Positions 8,715 to 19,328 of a DNA stretch of 64,000 bases are shown one piece after another; within the stretch, counting starts at the first letter, position 1, and every line of letters begins with the position of its first letter. Where the stretch lies: the NCBI GenBank assembly GCA_014239585.1, contig JAAZYP010000001.1, positions 177,955 to 241,954 on the forward strand. The letters are read 5' to 3'. This stretch comes from Nanobdellota archaeon. GTDB lineage: Archaea; Nanobdellota; Nanobdellia; UBA10117; ARS21. Both the position numbers and the translations under genes were made by a program. The notes under the pieces were generated by a model. It saw nothing but the letters and a program-made list of their open reading frames with translations. It made no database searches and was not told where the DNA came from.

Positions 8715-10022
8715 GTGATTGTCCCAATCGAGAGTAGACGTTATCTAGCCAAAACTATTTCTGAAGTTCAAGCCTCAATATATGCGCGAAAAACGGTAAA
8801 AATACGAGGATGGGTGGCTAAAAAACGAGCACTTAAAGGTAAAATTTTCTTATTAATTAGGGACAGCACAGGTGTTATTCAAACCGTTACTGCATCTGAT
8901 GATAAAGCTTGGCCGGAAGCAACCCAAATAACAACTGAATCATCATGTATGATTAAAGGTAAAATTGTTCGAGATCCTCGTGCACCGGGTGGTTATGAAT
9001 TAAAAGTTTCAAAAATTGAGATTATTGGTTTAGCTGAGACTTGGCCAATTGCACGAGATACCAGCCCTGATTTTTTGAGAGGAATTCGACATTTATCACT
9101 TAGACGACAAAGGGAACAAGCAATTATGAAAATTCGTTCCGGAGTAATTGGCGGATTTCATGAATATTTCAGAACTAAAGGCTATTTTGAACATCAATCT
9201 CCTAGTTTTACTCCAACACCCGGAGAAAGTGGTGCTGAAACATTTGAAGTGAAATATTTTGGTAAAAAGGCATATCTTACTCAAACTTGGCAATTATACG
9301 CTGAAATGATGATTCCAGTTTTAGAAAAAATATATACTGTTGCTCCAAGTTTTAGGTCTGATAAATCTATGACTTCCAGACATTTAACTGAATTTTGGCA
9401 TGCCGAGGTAGAAACTGCATGGCAAGAATTTCCAGAATTGTTAGATACAATGGAAGGAGTAGTTAGATTCATTTGTAAAAAAATAGCACGAGAATATAGA
9501 TCTGAATTAGCTTTACTCGGCAAAGATTGGAAATATTTTGCAACCTTACCTAAATTTCCGCGAATAACTTATCGTGAAGCAATTATTGAATTGAGGGAGG
9601 CAGGATTTAAGACAAAATTTGGAGATGATTTAGGAACTAAAGAAGAAAGATTCTTAGTTGATAAACGAAAACTTCCTTTATTTATTACTCATTATCCCAC
9701 TAAACTAAAAGCATTTTATATGAAACGTGATCCTGATGATCCTGAACAAGTTTTAGCTTCAGATTTAATGATTCCGGGAATTGGAGAATTAATTGGTTCA
9801 TCTGAACGAAGTTTAGATTTCAAGGATGTTAAAAAACGATTGAAACTTGCGAAAGAAGATCCTAAAAAATATGAATTTTATTTTGATTTAAGTCGATACG
9901 GAAAAGTTCCGCATTCAGGATTCGGTATGGGAATTGAACGATTAGTGATGTGGTTAACTGGTTCAGATTCAGTTAAAGATTGTATAGCATTTCCTAGAAC
10001 TCCGACCCGATTTGCGCCTTAG
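8715..10022 (+). CDS. asnS: asparaginyl-tRNA synthetase
   Basis: OB-fold IRGWV..IRDSTG; YLTQTWQLY; RHLTEFWHAE; PHSGFGMGIERL. Start uncertain (see findings). Confidence 0.9.
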   Translation: MIVPIESRRYLAKTISEVQASIYARKTVKIRGWVAKKRALKGKIFLLIRDSTGVIQTVTASDDKAWPEATQITTESSCMIKGKIVRDPRAPGGYELKVSKIEIIGLAETWPIARDTSPDFLRGIRHLSLRRQREQAIMKIRSGVIGGFHEYFRTKGYFEHQSPSFTPTPGESGAETFEVKYFGKKAYLTQTWQLYAEMMIPVLEKIYTVAPSFRSDKSMTSRHLTEFWHAEVETAWQEFPELLDTMEGVVRFICKKIAREYRSELALLGKDWKYFATLPKFPRITYREAIIELREAGFKTKFGDDLGTKEERFLVDKRKLPLFITHYPTKLKAFYMKRDPDDPEQVLASDLMIPGIGELIGSSERSLDFKDVKKRLKLAKEDPKKYEFYFDLSRYGKVPHSGFGMGIERLVMWLTGSDSVKDCIAFPRTPTRFAP

Positions 10023-10057
10023 TTCGTTTTTTAAGTTTTAATTACACTCTGTAAATT

Positions 10058-10408
10058 ATGGGACTTGAAGATAAATTGAATTCTGAGTTCATTAACATTT
10101 CTTTTGAAGATACTGGAAGAACATCTTATCGCGGAAAACATCTTGCTGCTGCGAAAAATTTTTGGAAAAATTATTTTGGATTAAATAAATTAACGGGGAC
10201 TCATAATCATACAATTTATGAAGATTTGAATGAATTTCACGAATATATTAATGATCTGGCAGAAAATTCAAGTTTGGTCGTTAGAAGGCAAGACGATTTA
10301 AATCCTGCCGCTAAACTTTATCAAGGCGGAATATTAATTGGTAGCATTACTGACAGTCGAAGACGCGGATTTAAAGAGCTCCATTATGAACGTCCAAAAT
10401 CCTTCTAG
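10058..10408 (+). CDS. hypothetical protein
   Basis: 116 aa ORF with TATA upstream. Confidence 0.6.
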   Translation: MGLEDKLNSEFINISFEDTGRTSYRGKHLAAAKNFWKNYFGLNKLTGTHNHTIYEDLNEFHEYINDLAENSSLVVRRQDDLNPAAKLYQGGILIGSITDSRRRGFKELHYERPKSF

Positions 10409-10445
10409 AAAGCTTTAAAAAACGCAGATATAATTTATTTTTAGT

Positions 10446-10517
10446 GCAGACGTAGCTTAGCGGTAGAGCGCGTGGCTGTTAACCACGAGGCCGGAGGTTC
10501 GATCCCTCCCGTCTGCG
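10446..10517 (+). tRNA. tRNA-Asn(GTT)
   Basis: GCAGACG...CGTCTGC-G; arm CGTGG-CTGTTAA-CCACG. Confidence 0.95.
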
Positions 10518-10518
10518 C

Positions 10519-11439
10519 TTATAATTTTAACTGAGATTTCATATCTTCATAAAATTTCATCTGATTTTTTAATTTATCAAATAATTCTGAGTCACTCAAT
10601 TTAAATTCAGAACCAATAAAATAATCTGTTAAAAATCTTGCAGATAATTCCAAAGTAATTAATGCAGTTGCTTGCGGAATTAATGATTCATCAATATTTT
10701 TATTTTTGGATAAATATCCTGCAACTGATGATTCGAATTTAATTTTGTCGAAATTATAATCTTCATCTTTTGACCAACTTCTCAGTCCGTCACCGATATC
10801 GATCAATTCATTTCCGTACATTAATGTTTCAAAATCAATTATTGCATTTACTTTTTTATCAGTATATAGAAAATTTTGCCATTTAGGATCACCATGGATT
10901 AATTGTCGTGATAAATTTGGTAAATAAAAATCTTCAACATCCTTAACAATTGTATCATAATATTTTGACACTGAATTCCATTTTTCTGAATTCTCAAAGC
11001 GCATTTTTATTCGATTTAATCTATCGATAACTGCACGAGTATTATGAAAATTTGGGATAGAATATGCTAATTTTTCTTTGAAATCTTTGGTTTGAATATG
11101 AAATTCTGCTAATGATTCGCCCAAATTGAAACAAACTTCGTAAGTTAATGTATCTAAATCATCGTTCTCAATATGATGCATAACTCGATAAGTATTACCT
11201 TGATGTTTATGAAATAAATTTCCATTTCGAGATAATATTTGATTTGGAATTTTTATTTCCGAATCCCAAATACTTTCTAATGAGTTATGATCGCGAGTTA
11301 TTCTTTTATCTCTGATTTTTTGTAGAATAAATTTGTTATCTTCAGTTTTGACTAAATAAGTATCGTTCATTATTCCACTATATACTTTTTTTATTTCTTT
11401 TATTTCTCCTAGTTCATAATTGGCTAATACTTCAAGCAT
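10519..11439 (-). CDS. APH/choline kinase-like phosphotransferase
   Basis: GIMNDTYLV, IHGDPKWQNFL, IIDFET; start at ATG 11439. Confidence 0.88.
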   Translation of the reverse strand: MLEVLANYELGEIKEIKKVYSGIMNDTYLVKTEDNKFILQKIRDKRITRDHNSLESIWDSEIKIPNQILSRNGNLFHKHQGNTYRVMHHIENDDLDTLTYEVCFNLGESLAEFHIQTKDFKEKLAYSIPNFHNTRAVIDRLNRIKMRFENSEKWNSVSKYYDTIVKDVEDFYLPNLSRQLIHGDPKWQNFLYTDKKVNAIIDFETLMYGNELIDIGDGLRSWSKDEDYNFDKIKFESSVAGYLSKNKNIDESLIPQATALITLELSARFLTDYFIGSEFKLSDSELFDKLKNQMKFYEDMKSQLKL

Positions 11440-11533
11440 GTTTTCTGCTATTAAGTTGAATATAAAAAGGTTCCAATAAGACATTTTTTGTATTTTAGAA
11501 CATAATATAAAATAAATTGTTAAATATGGACTA

Positions 11534-13282
11534 ATGACTTCATGGAAATTTGAGTGGGTTGATGAGGAAAAATTTGAAATTAATCGAACTTCAATGAATT
11601 CAGATATTTCTAATTTTGTAACAAATTGGTCCGAAGGTAAATTTTTGGAAAATTCGGAATCATTAAAGTCTGCTTTAACTGATTATGAATTAATTTGGTC
11701 AAACCACGGCTATGGTGGCGAAGAAGGATATTATTATTGGTTGTTAAATCAATTAAATTTGAATGATAAAAAAATAAAATCGAAACTGAAATCTATTTCA
11801 GATTTTACTCGAGATAATTTTAATAAATTAAATTTTTTTAGAATAAATTTAGGTAATATTTCTGAAGAAAAACAGAATAAATTTTTGACTGACAAAGACT
11901 TATCTGATTATTCTAAATTTTTTAGAGATATTTTTGAAACAAGTAAGTACCGTTTATCTGAAAATGAAGAGAAAATAATGTCTTTGAAAGAAGATTCGGG
12001 ATATTCGATGTGGAAAAAAATGTTATCTTCTCTTATCGCTAAAGAAACTCGTATGATTGATGGTGAGGAAAAAACCTTTGAACAAATAATTTCAGATACT
12101 TTGTCTGAAAAAAGGGAAGTTAGAGATATTGCAAAGGAGAATATTAACGAAATATTGGATAAATATTCCGATGTTGCTGAAAATGAAATTAATGCTATAT
12201 TAAATAATTATGAAGTTAATGACAAAATTAGGGGTTATTCTCGCGCAGATTCTTCTAGATTAATTTCTGATTCAGTTAATGAAAAATTTGTAGATACTTT
12301 AGTCAAAACGGTTTCAAATAATTTTGATATTTCAAATCGTTATTATGATTTAAAATCTAAAATTTTGGGTCATACTTTGGGTTATCATGAAAAATCAGCT
12401 CAAATTGGGAGATTAAATAAAAAATATAATTTTGATTATTCTAAAAATCTTGTCGAAAAGGTATTGAATAATTTGGATTCTGAATTTGGTAAAATCTTCA
12501 GAGAATTCCAGAAAGGTAAATTAGATATCTCTCCCTCTGTAGGAAAACGAGGTGGTGCATTTTGTGTACATATGACAAAAAAATTACCAACTTATATTTT
12601 ATTAAATCATACAGAAGATTTATCGAGTGTAAAGACTTTAGCACATGAAGTTGGGCATGGAATAAATAATGAGTTGACTCGATCTAAACAAAGAGAAATT
12701 TATTTTGGAACTGCGACATCAACTGCTGAAGTTGCTTCTACCTTTTTTGAGGATTTCGTTTTTGACGAAATAATTAAAGATTGCACTGATGAAGAAAAAT
12801 TAATTTTGATGATGCAAAAATTAGGTGATGAAATTTCCACAATCGTTCGCCAGATTGCAGCATATAATTTTGAAACCGAATTACATGCTAAATATCGAAA
12901 AAATAAATATTTATCAAAGAAAGATATTGGTAGAATATTTAAACAAAATATGAAAAATTATCTCGGTAAAAGTATTGATTGTTCAGATTGCGACAATTGG
13001 TGGATTTATTGGTCTCATTTCAGAAATAGATTTTATGTGTATTCTTATGCTTCAGGTTTATTAATATCGAAGGCACTCCAACGAAAAGTTCGGAAAGATA
13101 AAAATTTCATTAAAGAAGTAAAGAAATTCTTAGCAGCTGGAACTTCTAAAAAACCCGAAAAAATATTTTCTGAAATGGGAATTGATATTTATTCCGAAGA
13201 ATTCTGGAAAGAGGGTCTCAACGAAATAAATGATACTTTGGAAAAAACAATTTTGTTGGCTAAAAAACTAGGTAGAATTTAA
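11534..13282 (+). CDS. M3B oligoendopeptidase (PepF-like)
   Basis: GKRGGAFC, TLAHEVGH, AEVASTF, SHF...FYVYSYA. Confidence 0.93.
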   Translation: MTSWKFEWVDEEKFEINRTSMNSDISNFVTNWSEGKFLENSESLKSALTDYELIWSNHGYGGEEGYYYWLLNQLNLNDKKIKSKLKSISDFTRDNFNKLNFFRINLGNISEEKQNKFLTDKDLSDYSKFFRDIFETSKYRLSENEEKIMSLKEDSGYSMWKKMLSSLIAKETRMIDGEEKTFEQIISDTLSEKREVRDIAKENINEILDKYSDVAENEINAILNNYEVNDKIRGYSRADSSRLISDSVNEKFVDTLVKTVSNNFDISNRYYDLKSKILGHTLGYHEKSAQIGRLNKKYNFDYSKNLVEKVLNNLDSEFGKIFREFQKGKLDISPSVGKRGGAFCVHMTKKLPTYILLNHTEDLSSVKTLAHEVGHGINNELTRSKQREIYFGTATSTAEVASTFFEDFVFDEIIKDCTDEEKLILMMQKLGDEISTIVRQIAAYNFETELHAKYRKNKYLSKKDIGRIFKQNMKNYLGKSIDCSDCDNWWIYWSHFRNRFYVYSYASGLLISKALQRKVRKDKNFIKEVKKFLAAGTSKKPEKIFSEMGIDIYSEEFWKEGLNEINDTLEKTILLAKKLGRI

Positions 13283-13301
13283 CTAAGTTTAAAAATTAGT
13301 A

Positions 13302-13622
13302 ATGCATACAAAAAATATGGAATATAAGAGTTCTAAGGTATTAATGAGTGCAAGTATAGTTGTTGGAATGGATTTTAATTATACTTTAAATGGAACTTTT
13401 TCAGATAAGATTAATCATTCTATTTCGAAAAATATTTTTGAGGATATTAATATATCTTCGACCTCATTACTTGTAAATGAAAATAATGGACTTTTAAATT
13501 CCTTATTTGATTATATCAAACCTTCCGGGGTCTTTAAGGCTGCACCACCGCAAGTATGGGAATCGGAATTAGCAGGTAAAGAAATCGATACTCAAAAAAC
13601 TCTTGAAGATCTGTTCGGTTAA
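13302..13622 (+). CDS. hypothetical protein
   Basis: ORF; true start may be a downstream ATG. Confidence 0.5.
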   Translation: MHTKNMEYKSSKVLMSASIVVGMDFNYTLNGTFSDKINHSISKNIFEDINISSTSLLVNENNGLLNSLFDYIKPSGVFKAAPPQVWESELAGKEIDTQKTLEDLFG

Positions 13623-13651
13623 ATTTATATTATTCTGAATAAATATATTAT

Positions 13652-14167
13652 ATGAAACATCCATTATCTGAAAATATTAGGGAGACAGTTTTTGGTATCG
13701 AAGATGGTGCTGTCGGAAATTTAGGAGTAGTTATCGGAATGGCTCAAGCAGCTGCACCTAATGAATTTATAATTTTAGCTGGAATTGCAACTATGTTCGC
13801 TCAAACAATTTCGATGAGCGCAGGAACTTATTTGTCAATTAAAGCTGAAAAAGAATATTTTTCGGTTAATAAAAAAGGTAGAAAATTTGGTAAAGAATAT
13901 GCCAAACATAAAGTTCCTTTAATTTCGACGGCAGTTATGGGATTATCTGTAATGCTGGGTGCATTAATTCCACTAAGCTCTTTTTTCTTTTTCGAGGGTG
14001 TTTCGGGAATTATTCCCGCAATAATTGTTACATTAACAGGATTATTTTTATTGGGTGTATTCAAATCAAAATATACCGATAATAATTGGTTAAATTCGGG
14101 TTTAGAAATATTATTTGTTGGCGGTCTTGCTGCAGCAGCAGGATATTTTATCGGAAGTTTATTTTAA
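13652..14167 (+). CDS. VIT1/CCC1 family Fe/Mn transporter
   Basis: IRETVFGIEDG, SMSAGTYLS, GALIPL. Confidence 0.93.
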   Translation: MKHPLSENIRETVFGIEDGAVGNLGVVIGMAQAAAPNEFIILAGIATMFAQTISMSAGTYLSIKAEKEYFSVNKKGRKFGKEYAKHKVPLISTAVMGLSVMLGALIPLSSFFFFEGVSGIIPAIIVTLTGLFLLGVFKSKYTDNNWLNSGLEILFVGGLAAAAGYFIGSLF

Positions 14168-14802
14168 ATATTTGATTCATCTGTGGCCATCATAACATCA
14201 TGATAATCAAATCCGGGGATTAATTTATTACTTTCATAAAATCCTCGAATATTATTTCTTAAATCAAATCTTTCTCCAGTCATTACATCTATTGTTTCAA
14301 TTGGTGAATTCCCCTCATTGAATCCGGTCGTATAATTTATTACAAAACTATTTGCGCGTTTAACTAATTGTTCAAATGAATTATGATCTTGAGCGATATA
14401 ATGTTTAGCGTCAGAATTTTGTCTTATTATAAATTGATGATCAATTACTACGCCATAATCTATTGCTAATTCTTCAATTGGATTTAATTGTGTTTTAATC
14501 CGTTTATTTAGATGATATGCTTGCATTGCCTTAGGTGAAATAAATTTATCAATTCTAGAAAGAGCTTGACTATTAAAAAACTCTTGTGCAATTAATTCTA
14601 AATTTTTAGAATTGTATTCGTCTAATTCGTCTTTGTACATAAAACCTGACTCTCTTAAATAAATTCCATCTACAAATCCTGAGAATTTCCAACAATCGCC
14701 GGATTCATATTTATTTCCTTTTTCATCAATCAGAAAAGCATTTTTTGAATTATCGTCTAGATCAAACTCAGTTAGACCAGTAAAAATTTGTTCCAATATC
14801 AC
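14164..14802 (-). CDS. hypothetical protein
   Basis: 212 aa ORF, no motif recognised. Confidence 0.6.
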   Translation of the reverse strand: MILEQIFTGLTEFDLDDNSKNAFLIDEKGNKYESGDCWKFSGFVDGIYLRESGFMYKDELDEYNSKNLELIAQEFFNSQALSRIDKFISPKAMQAYHLNKRIKTQLNPIEELAIDYGVVIDHQFIIRQNSDAKHYIAQDHNSFEQLVKRANSFVINYTTGFNEGNSPIETIDVMTGERFDLRNNIRGFYESNKLIPGFDYHDVMMATDESNI

Positions 14803-14883
14803 AGTCTTAATTATAGCGCAGTAATATTTTTATAACTTTTGACAAAAAGTAAGCGTTATATACTGTTTTTTCGTATTTTAGGC

Positions 14884-15480
14884 ATGAAATTAATCGGGCA
14901 TGGTGCTGAAGCAAAAGTCTATGAGACAAAAAATTCAGTTTTGAAAACAAGAATAAAAAAATCATATAGACATGAATTAATTGATAAGCGTTTGAGAAAA
15001 CTTCGAACTCGTTCTGAATCAAAGTTATTAATTAAGGTTTTATCATTGGGAATTAATGTACCGAGAGTTTTAGATTTTGATGATAAAAAAATGACTTTGG
15101 AAATGGAAAAAATTGAGGGAATAAAGGTAAGAGATATTTTTGATGATTCAAATGAAGATCTTAAAAAAACTATTTGTAAAGAAATTGGTAAAACAATTAA
15201 AAAATTACATCAAAATGATATTATTCATGGAGATTTAACAACGTCGAATATGATTTGGAATGATAAATTGTTTTTGATCGATTTTGGATTAGGTAAAGTT
15301 TCAATGCGAGTTGAAGACAAAGCAGTTGATATCCATCTTTTGAAAGAATGTTTCAAAAGTAAACATCATGTTCATTGGATGACTTATTGGAAGATTTTCA
15401 AAAAGAATTATGGACTTAATAACACCTTTGATCAATTGGAAAAGGTTGAAGCCCGAACAAGATATAATCGAATTAGTTAG
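14884..15480 (+). CDS. bud32: KEOPS kinase Bud32
   Basis: GHGAEAKVY, K.R..KSYRH, HGDLTTSN, IDFGL, VEDKAVD. Confidence 0.95.
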   Translation: MKLIGHGAEAKVYETKNSVLKTRIKKSYRHELIDKRLRKLRTRSESKLLIKVLSLGINVPRVLDFDDKKMTLEMEKIEGIKVRDIFDDSNEDLKKTICKEIGKTIKKLHQNDIIHGDLTTSNMIWNDKLFLIDFGLGKVSMRVEDKAVDIHLLKECFKSKHHVHWMTYWKIFKKNYGLNNTFDQLEKVEARTRYNRIS

Positions 15481-15511
15481 ATTTAAAAAGGTGACAACTT
15501 ATCTCATATCA

Positions 15512-15569
15512 GGATGAGTTGGCTAGAGCGAGCTTATACCAATACGGTATATTCTTAGTTTATTTATCC
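15512..15569 (+). promoter_or_regulatory. structured 5' leader of rps15
   Basis: GGATGAGT pairs with ATTTATCC (GU allowed), inner GGCTAG/TTAGTT, hairpin TATACC-AATAC-GGTATA. Confidence 0.5.
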
Positions 15570-15581
15570 AAACAAAATATA

Positions 15582-16037
15582 ATGGCACGAATGCACGCAA
15601 GAGTCAAAGGAAAATCTGGAAGCAAAAAACCTCTAGAAAGTAAAGTTCCAAAATGGGTTGAAAAGAAGCCAAAGGAGATTATAACTTTAGTTGAAAAACT
15701 TTCAAAGCAAGAACTTAGTTCGAGTCAGATTGGATTAGCACTAAGAGATTCATACGGTGTGCCGAGCGTTAAATTAATTACAGGAAAAAGTATTTTAGAA
15801 ATTTTAAAGGAAGCAAAATTAGTTGGAACCATTCCTGAAGATTTAAAAAATTTAATTAAAAAATCAATTACGATTCGAAAACATTTAAAATCAAATAAAA
15901 AAGATAATTTCAGTACACGAGGATTACAATTAACTGAATCAAAAATTAGACGATTACAAAAATATTACAAAAATAAAGGAGTTCTGCCTGCAGATTGGAA
16001 TTATCATCCTGACCGAGCAGAATTATTGGTAGATTAA
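15582..16037 (+). CDS. rps15: 30S ribosomal protein S15 (uS15)
   Basis: MARMHARVKGKSGS, LRDSYGVP, ESKIRRL. Confidence 0.97.
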   Translation: MARMHARVKGKSGSKKPLESKVPKWVEKKPKEIITLVEKLSKQELSSSQIGLALRDSYGVPSVKLITGKSILEILKEAKLVGTIPEDLKNLIKKSITIRKHLKSNKKDNFSTRGLQLTESKIRRLQKYYKNKGVLPADWNYHPDRAELLVD

Positions 16038-16038
16038 T

Positions 16039-16623
16039 ATGGCTAAAAAAAGAATTTCAACAAAATTGAAAATGCGTAAAGGAAAGAAAAGATGGTTCCC
16101 AGTTATAGCTCCAAAGGCATTAGGTGGAGCTGAAATTGCACAAATCACTGCTTATGATCCTGCAAAATTATTAAATCGAAATTTATTGGTTCCAATGAAA
16201 TCAATTACTGGTTCAGCAAGAGATAGCAATATTAATGTTAAATTAACAGTTGTTAAAGTTCAAGGAGATACAGCTCAAACGGATTCGCTCGGAATATTCA
16301 CTGGAGACTCTCAAGTTTCAAGAGTTGGAAGACGAAAATGTTCAAAAATTGATTTAGTATTTTATGCAAACGATAAATCTGACAATAAAATTAAACTAAA
16401 ATTTGTATTATTTGCTAGAGAGGCTCTAACAAAAAATCTTAAGAATGATCTAAGATTATTGGCTGAAGAATTAATTACAAAAACTTTGAAGAAGCAAGAA
16501 TATTCAGATTTCTTTACTTCGACCTCAATTAAGAAATTGGGTCTTGATTTGAAGAATAATTTGAAACAAGTTTATCCAATTAGTGATGCGATTATTTGGA
16601 AAGCTACAAAAATTAGTGAATAA
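16039..16623 (+). CDS. rps3ae: 30S ribosomal protein S3Ae (eS1)
   Basis: KKRWFPVIAP, vYP near C-terminus, conserved position after rps15. Confidence 0.85.
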   Translation: MAKKRISTKLKMRKGKKRWFPVIAPKALGGAEIAQITAYDPAKLLNRNLLVPMKSITGSARDSNINVKLTVVKVQGDTAQTDSLGIFTGDSQVSRVGRRKCSKIDLVFYANDKSDNKIKLKFVLFAREALTKNLKNDLRLLAEELITKTLKKQEYSDFFTSTSIKKLGLDLKNNLKQVYPISDAIIWKATKISE

Positions 16624-16653
16624 TTTTATATATCAAAACAATATAATGTTTTG

Positions 16654-16743
16654 ATGGAAAAATCTAATATTGATAAATTAAAAAAACAATTTTCTCATTT
16701 CGATTGGGACAAAATTTTGAGTTCAAAACCTGAAAAGAAATAA
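16654..16743 (+). CDS. possible 29 aa microprotein
   Basis: MEKSNIDKLKKQFSHFDWDKILSSKPEKK; TTTTATATA just upstream; fills the intergenic gap. Confidence 0.35.
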   Translation: MEKSNIDKLKKQFSHFDWDKILSSKPEKK

Positions 16744-16745
16744 TA

Positions 16746-18626
16746 TTATCTTAGTCTAAGACAATCTACTGGTCTAGGACTTAAAGTTTCTATTCTGAAT
16801 TTTTTATGTATCTCTCTGGCAAGATTTATTGTCATAGATTTCTCTCCGTGAACGGTAAGAACTCGTCTTGGTCGTGGTTTTAATTTTTGCATGTAATCCA
16901 TTAGTTCTCCGAAAACTGCATGTCCGCTCAATGAAAATGAAGTTACTTCCAGTTTAACATTCATTTCCTCACCATCTAATCTAACTAATTTTTCTCCTTT
17001 TTGCATTCGATCTCCCGGTGAATTATAAAATTGATATACGACAAATGCTACTGAATTTTTTGGATCATCATGTAATTTACTCAAATATTGAACTGATGGT
17101 CCACCCACCAACATACCGGATGTTGCCAAAATTATTGCAGGTCCGCCCTCGATGACTAACTTACGTTCTTTTCCAGATCCTACTCGTTTGAAAAATTCTG
17201 CTTCGAAGGGACTCTTTCCCTTATAAATTTCTGAACGTAATTTATCATTTAAATATTCAGGATAAGCAGTATGAATCGCAGTTATATCCCAAACCATTCC
17301 ATCAATATATACTGGTATATCTTTGATTTTTTCTTCACGGAAAAGTTCTTCGATTAATATCATTGTCTCCTGAGCTCTTCCAACTCCCAGAACTGGAACT
17401 AATAATTTACCACCTCGTTTTATTACTTTATGAGCATGTGCTTTAAATTCTGCTTCAGACTCTGCCCTATCAGGTGAAGTTCGTTCAGGATTCCCATAAG
17501 TACTTTCAGTAATAAATGTTTCAACTCTCGGAAACACATAACTTGCTCCGTTAAGTAATCTGGTGTTTACGACTTTGTAATCTCCAGAATATAATAAATT
17601 ATGAAATCCGTCACCAACATTAAAGTGACACATTGCACTTCCCAAAATATGTCCTGCATTGTGGAGTGTTAGTCTGATATCAGGAGTTATATCGGTTACT
17701 TCGCCATAATTTAGTGCAATAGTGTGTTTTGATGAATTTTTAACATCAGTTGAATCAAAAATTGCTTTATTTCCTTGCGCTATTGCAATATGAGTCATAT
17801 CTAACTGGCTCATTGCCATGATATCTCGGGTCGGTGCAGTACAATAAACTGGCCCCTTATATCCGTATTTGAATAAAAATGGTAAAAATCCGCAGTGATC
17901 AATATGTGCATGGGAAATAACTACTGCATCTAAATCCGGAATACTAAATTCGGGAACAGTTATTCTCGGGAATGAATCCTGACCCGAAGTTGCAGGATTA
18001 ATTCCACAATCAATTAATACATTTGATTCGGGTGTTTGAAGTAAAAATGCAGATCTTCCCACTTGTTGTGTTGCTCCTAAAAAACTTATTCTTACCCACA
18101 TTTCAGCTTTATCTCTTGCTCGTTTAAATTCGTAAATTCTTTTTCCAGTTTCGTTTAAAAATTTTCTACGTTCTGTCGAATCTTCATGATGAACTCTTCG
18201 AATCAAATTTGTAATTTTAGAAGTAATAATTGAATCTCGTCTAACTACTGGGGTCCAAAATGTTTTTTCTCTGATTTCTTTAATTAATGCTCCTTTAGTT
18301 CCAATAACATCGTTCGGATTACGTGCATCAATGATCATTACACTTCTTGCGGGTTCAAATAAAATTTGAGTTATATCTGCAGATTTTGGAACTGAAGTTT
18401 TGACAAATTCTTCTGCTTTCTTTTCAGACAGCAATAATAATGGATCTGCTCTTAATTCAATTCGTTTTTTATATTTTGAAACCAATTCTCGAACTGTTGA
18501 AATTCCATTTTTGAAAAAAGACTTATCTCTAGAATAGATAACTAGGTTTGCACCCTCATAGTGCTGACTAGTTACTAATTTGTTCTTAGGTATGTCATTA
18601 ATTACTTGTTCCAATACTGATGTCAT
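16746..18626 (-). CDS. beta-CASP ribonuclease aCPSF1 (FttA)
   Basis: N-terminal KH region, SHAHIDH, AGHILGS, ESTYG, SGHA, VHGE. Confidence 0.96.
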   Translation of the reverse strand: MTSVLEQVINDIPKNKLVTSQHYEGANLVIYSRDKSFFKNGISTVRELVSKYKKRIELRADPLLLLSEKKAEEFVKTSVPKSADITQILFEPARSVMIIDARNPNDVIGTKGALIKEIREKTFWTPVVRRDSIITSKITNLIRRVHHEDSTERRKFLNETGKRIYEFKRARDKAEMWVRISFLGATQQVGRSAFLLQTPESNVLIDCGINPATSGQDSFPRITVPEFSIPDLDAVVISHAHIDHCGFLPFLFKYGYKGPVYCTAPTRDIMAMSQLDMTHIAIAQGNKAIFDSTDVKNSSKHTIALNYGEVTDITPDIRLTLHNAGHILGSAMCHFNVGDGFHNLLYSGDYKVVNTRLLNGASYVFPRVETFITESTYGNPERTSPDRAESEAEFKAHAHKVIKRGGKLLVPVLGVGRAQETMILIEELFREEKIKDIPVYIDGMVWDITAIHTAYPEYLNDKLRSEIYKGKSPFEAEFFKRVGSGKERKLVIEGGPAIILATSGMLVGGPSVQYLSKLHDDPKNSVAFVVYQFYNSPGDRMQKGEKLVRLDGEEMNVKLEVTSFSLSGHAVFGELMDYMQKLKPRPRRVLTVHGEKSMTINLAREIHKKFRIETLSPRPVDCLRLR

Positions 18627-18636
18627 TGTAAAATGA

Positions 18637-19269
18637 TTATTTTTCTAAAATCATAGAAACTGTTTTTGTATCAACTTTTCTATAACCTTTTTTGTCGATA
18701 ACTGAAATTACTATTCCGTCACCACTTGCTGAATCTCTTCGAATTGCAGTATAAATTGCTCGCGTTGCGAGTTCAACTGCTTCTTTTTCAGTCATATTTT
18801 CTTTGTAATGTTCTTGTAATATTCCTAATGCGAACATCATTCCCGATCCAGTTGCAGTATACGGATCTTCAATTGCTGCGCCCGATGGATCAAAAGACAT
18901 TAACTTGAAAGTTTTATCTCGACAAAGCCCTGCGATTATTGCTTGAATCATAAATGGACTCCATCTTTTATATCCTGAATAGACTGTATTTTGAAGAACT
19001 GAAGACAATGTTTCTAAAGTTGCATTCTTTTTATTTTCTAATTCGAATAATTTCATTTCTGCTTGCATGTGTTTTAATAGAACTTGATTATCGCTTACGG
19101 TTCCAGCTGTAGTAATTGCCAAATTATCCGTTACTGGAAAAACTTTGTCAACTCGAGACATAATCATTCTTCCCAATGTAACTCTTTGATCAGTTGCTAA
19201 AACTACTCCGCCCTTATATGTAAGTCCGACAGTTGTTGTTCCTTTTTTAGGTTCAATTTTAGTGTTCAT
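18637..19269 (-). CDS. psmB: proteasome subunit beta
   Basis: Propeptide then G-TTTVG, ATGSG, RDSASG; GGTGA SD before ATG 19269. Confidence 0.96.
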   Translation of the reverse strand: MNTKIEPKKGTTTVGLTYKGGVVLATDQRVTLGRMIMSRVDKVFPVTDNLAITTAGTVSDNQVLLKHMQAEMKLFELENKKNATLETLSSVLQNTVYSGYKRWSPFMIQAIIAGLCRDKTFKLMSFDPSGAAIEDPYTATGSGMMFALGILQEHYKENMTEKEAVELATRAIYTAIRRDSASGDGIVISVIDKKGYRKVDTKTVSMILEK

Positions 19270-19328
19270 TAAATCACCAGAATAAATAAGCATTATTTTT
19301 TTAATTTAAAAGGCTTTCTAATAGATTA

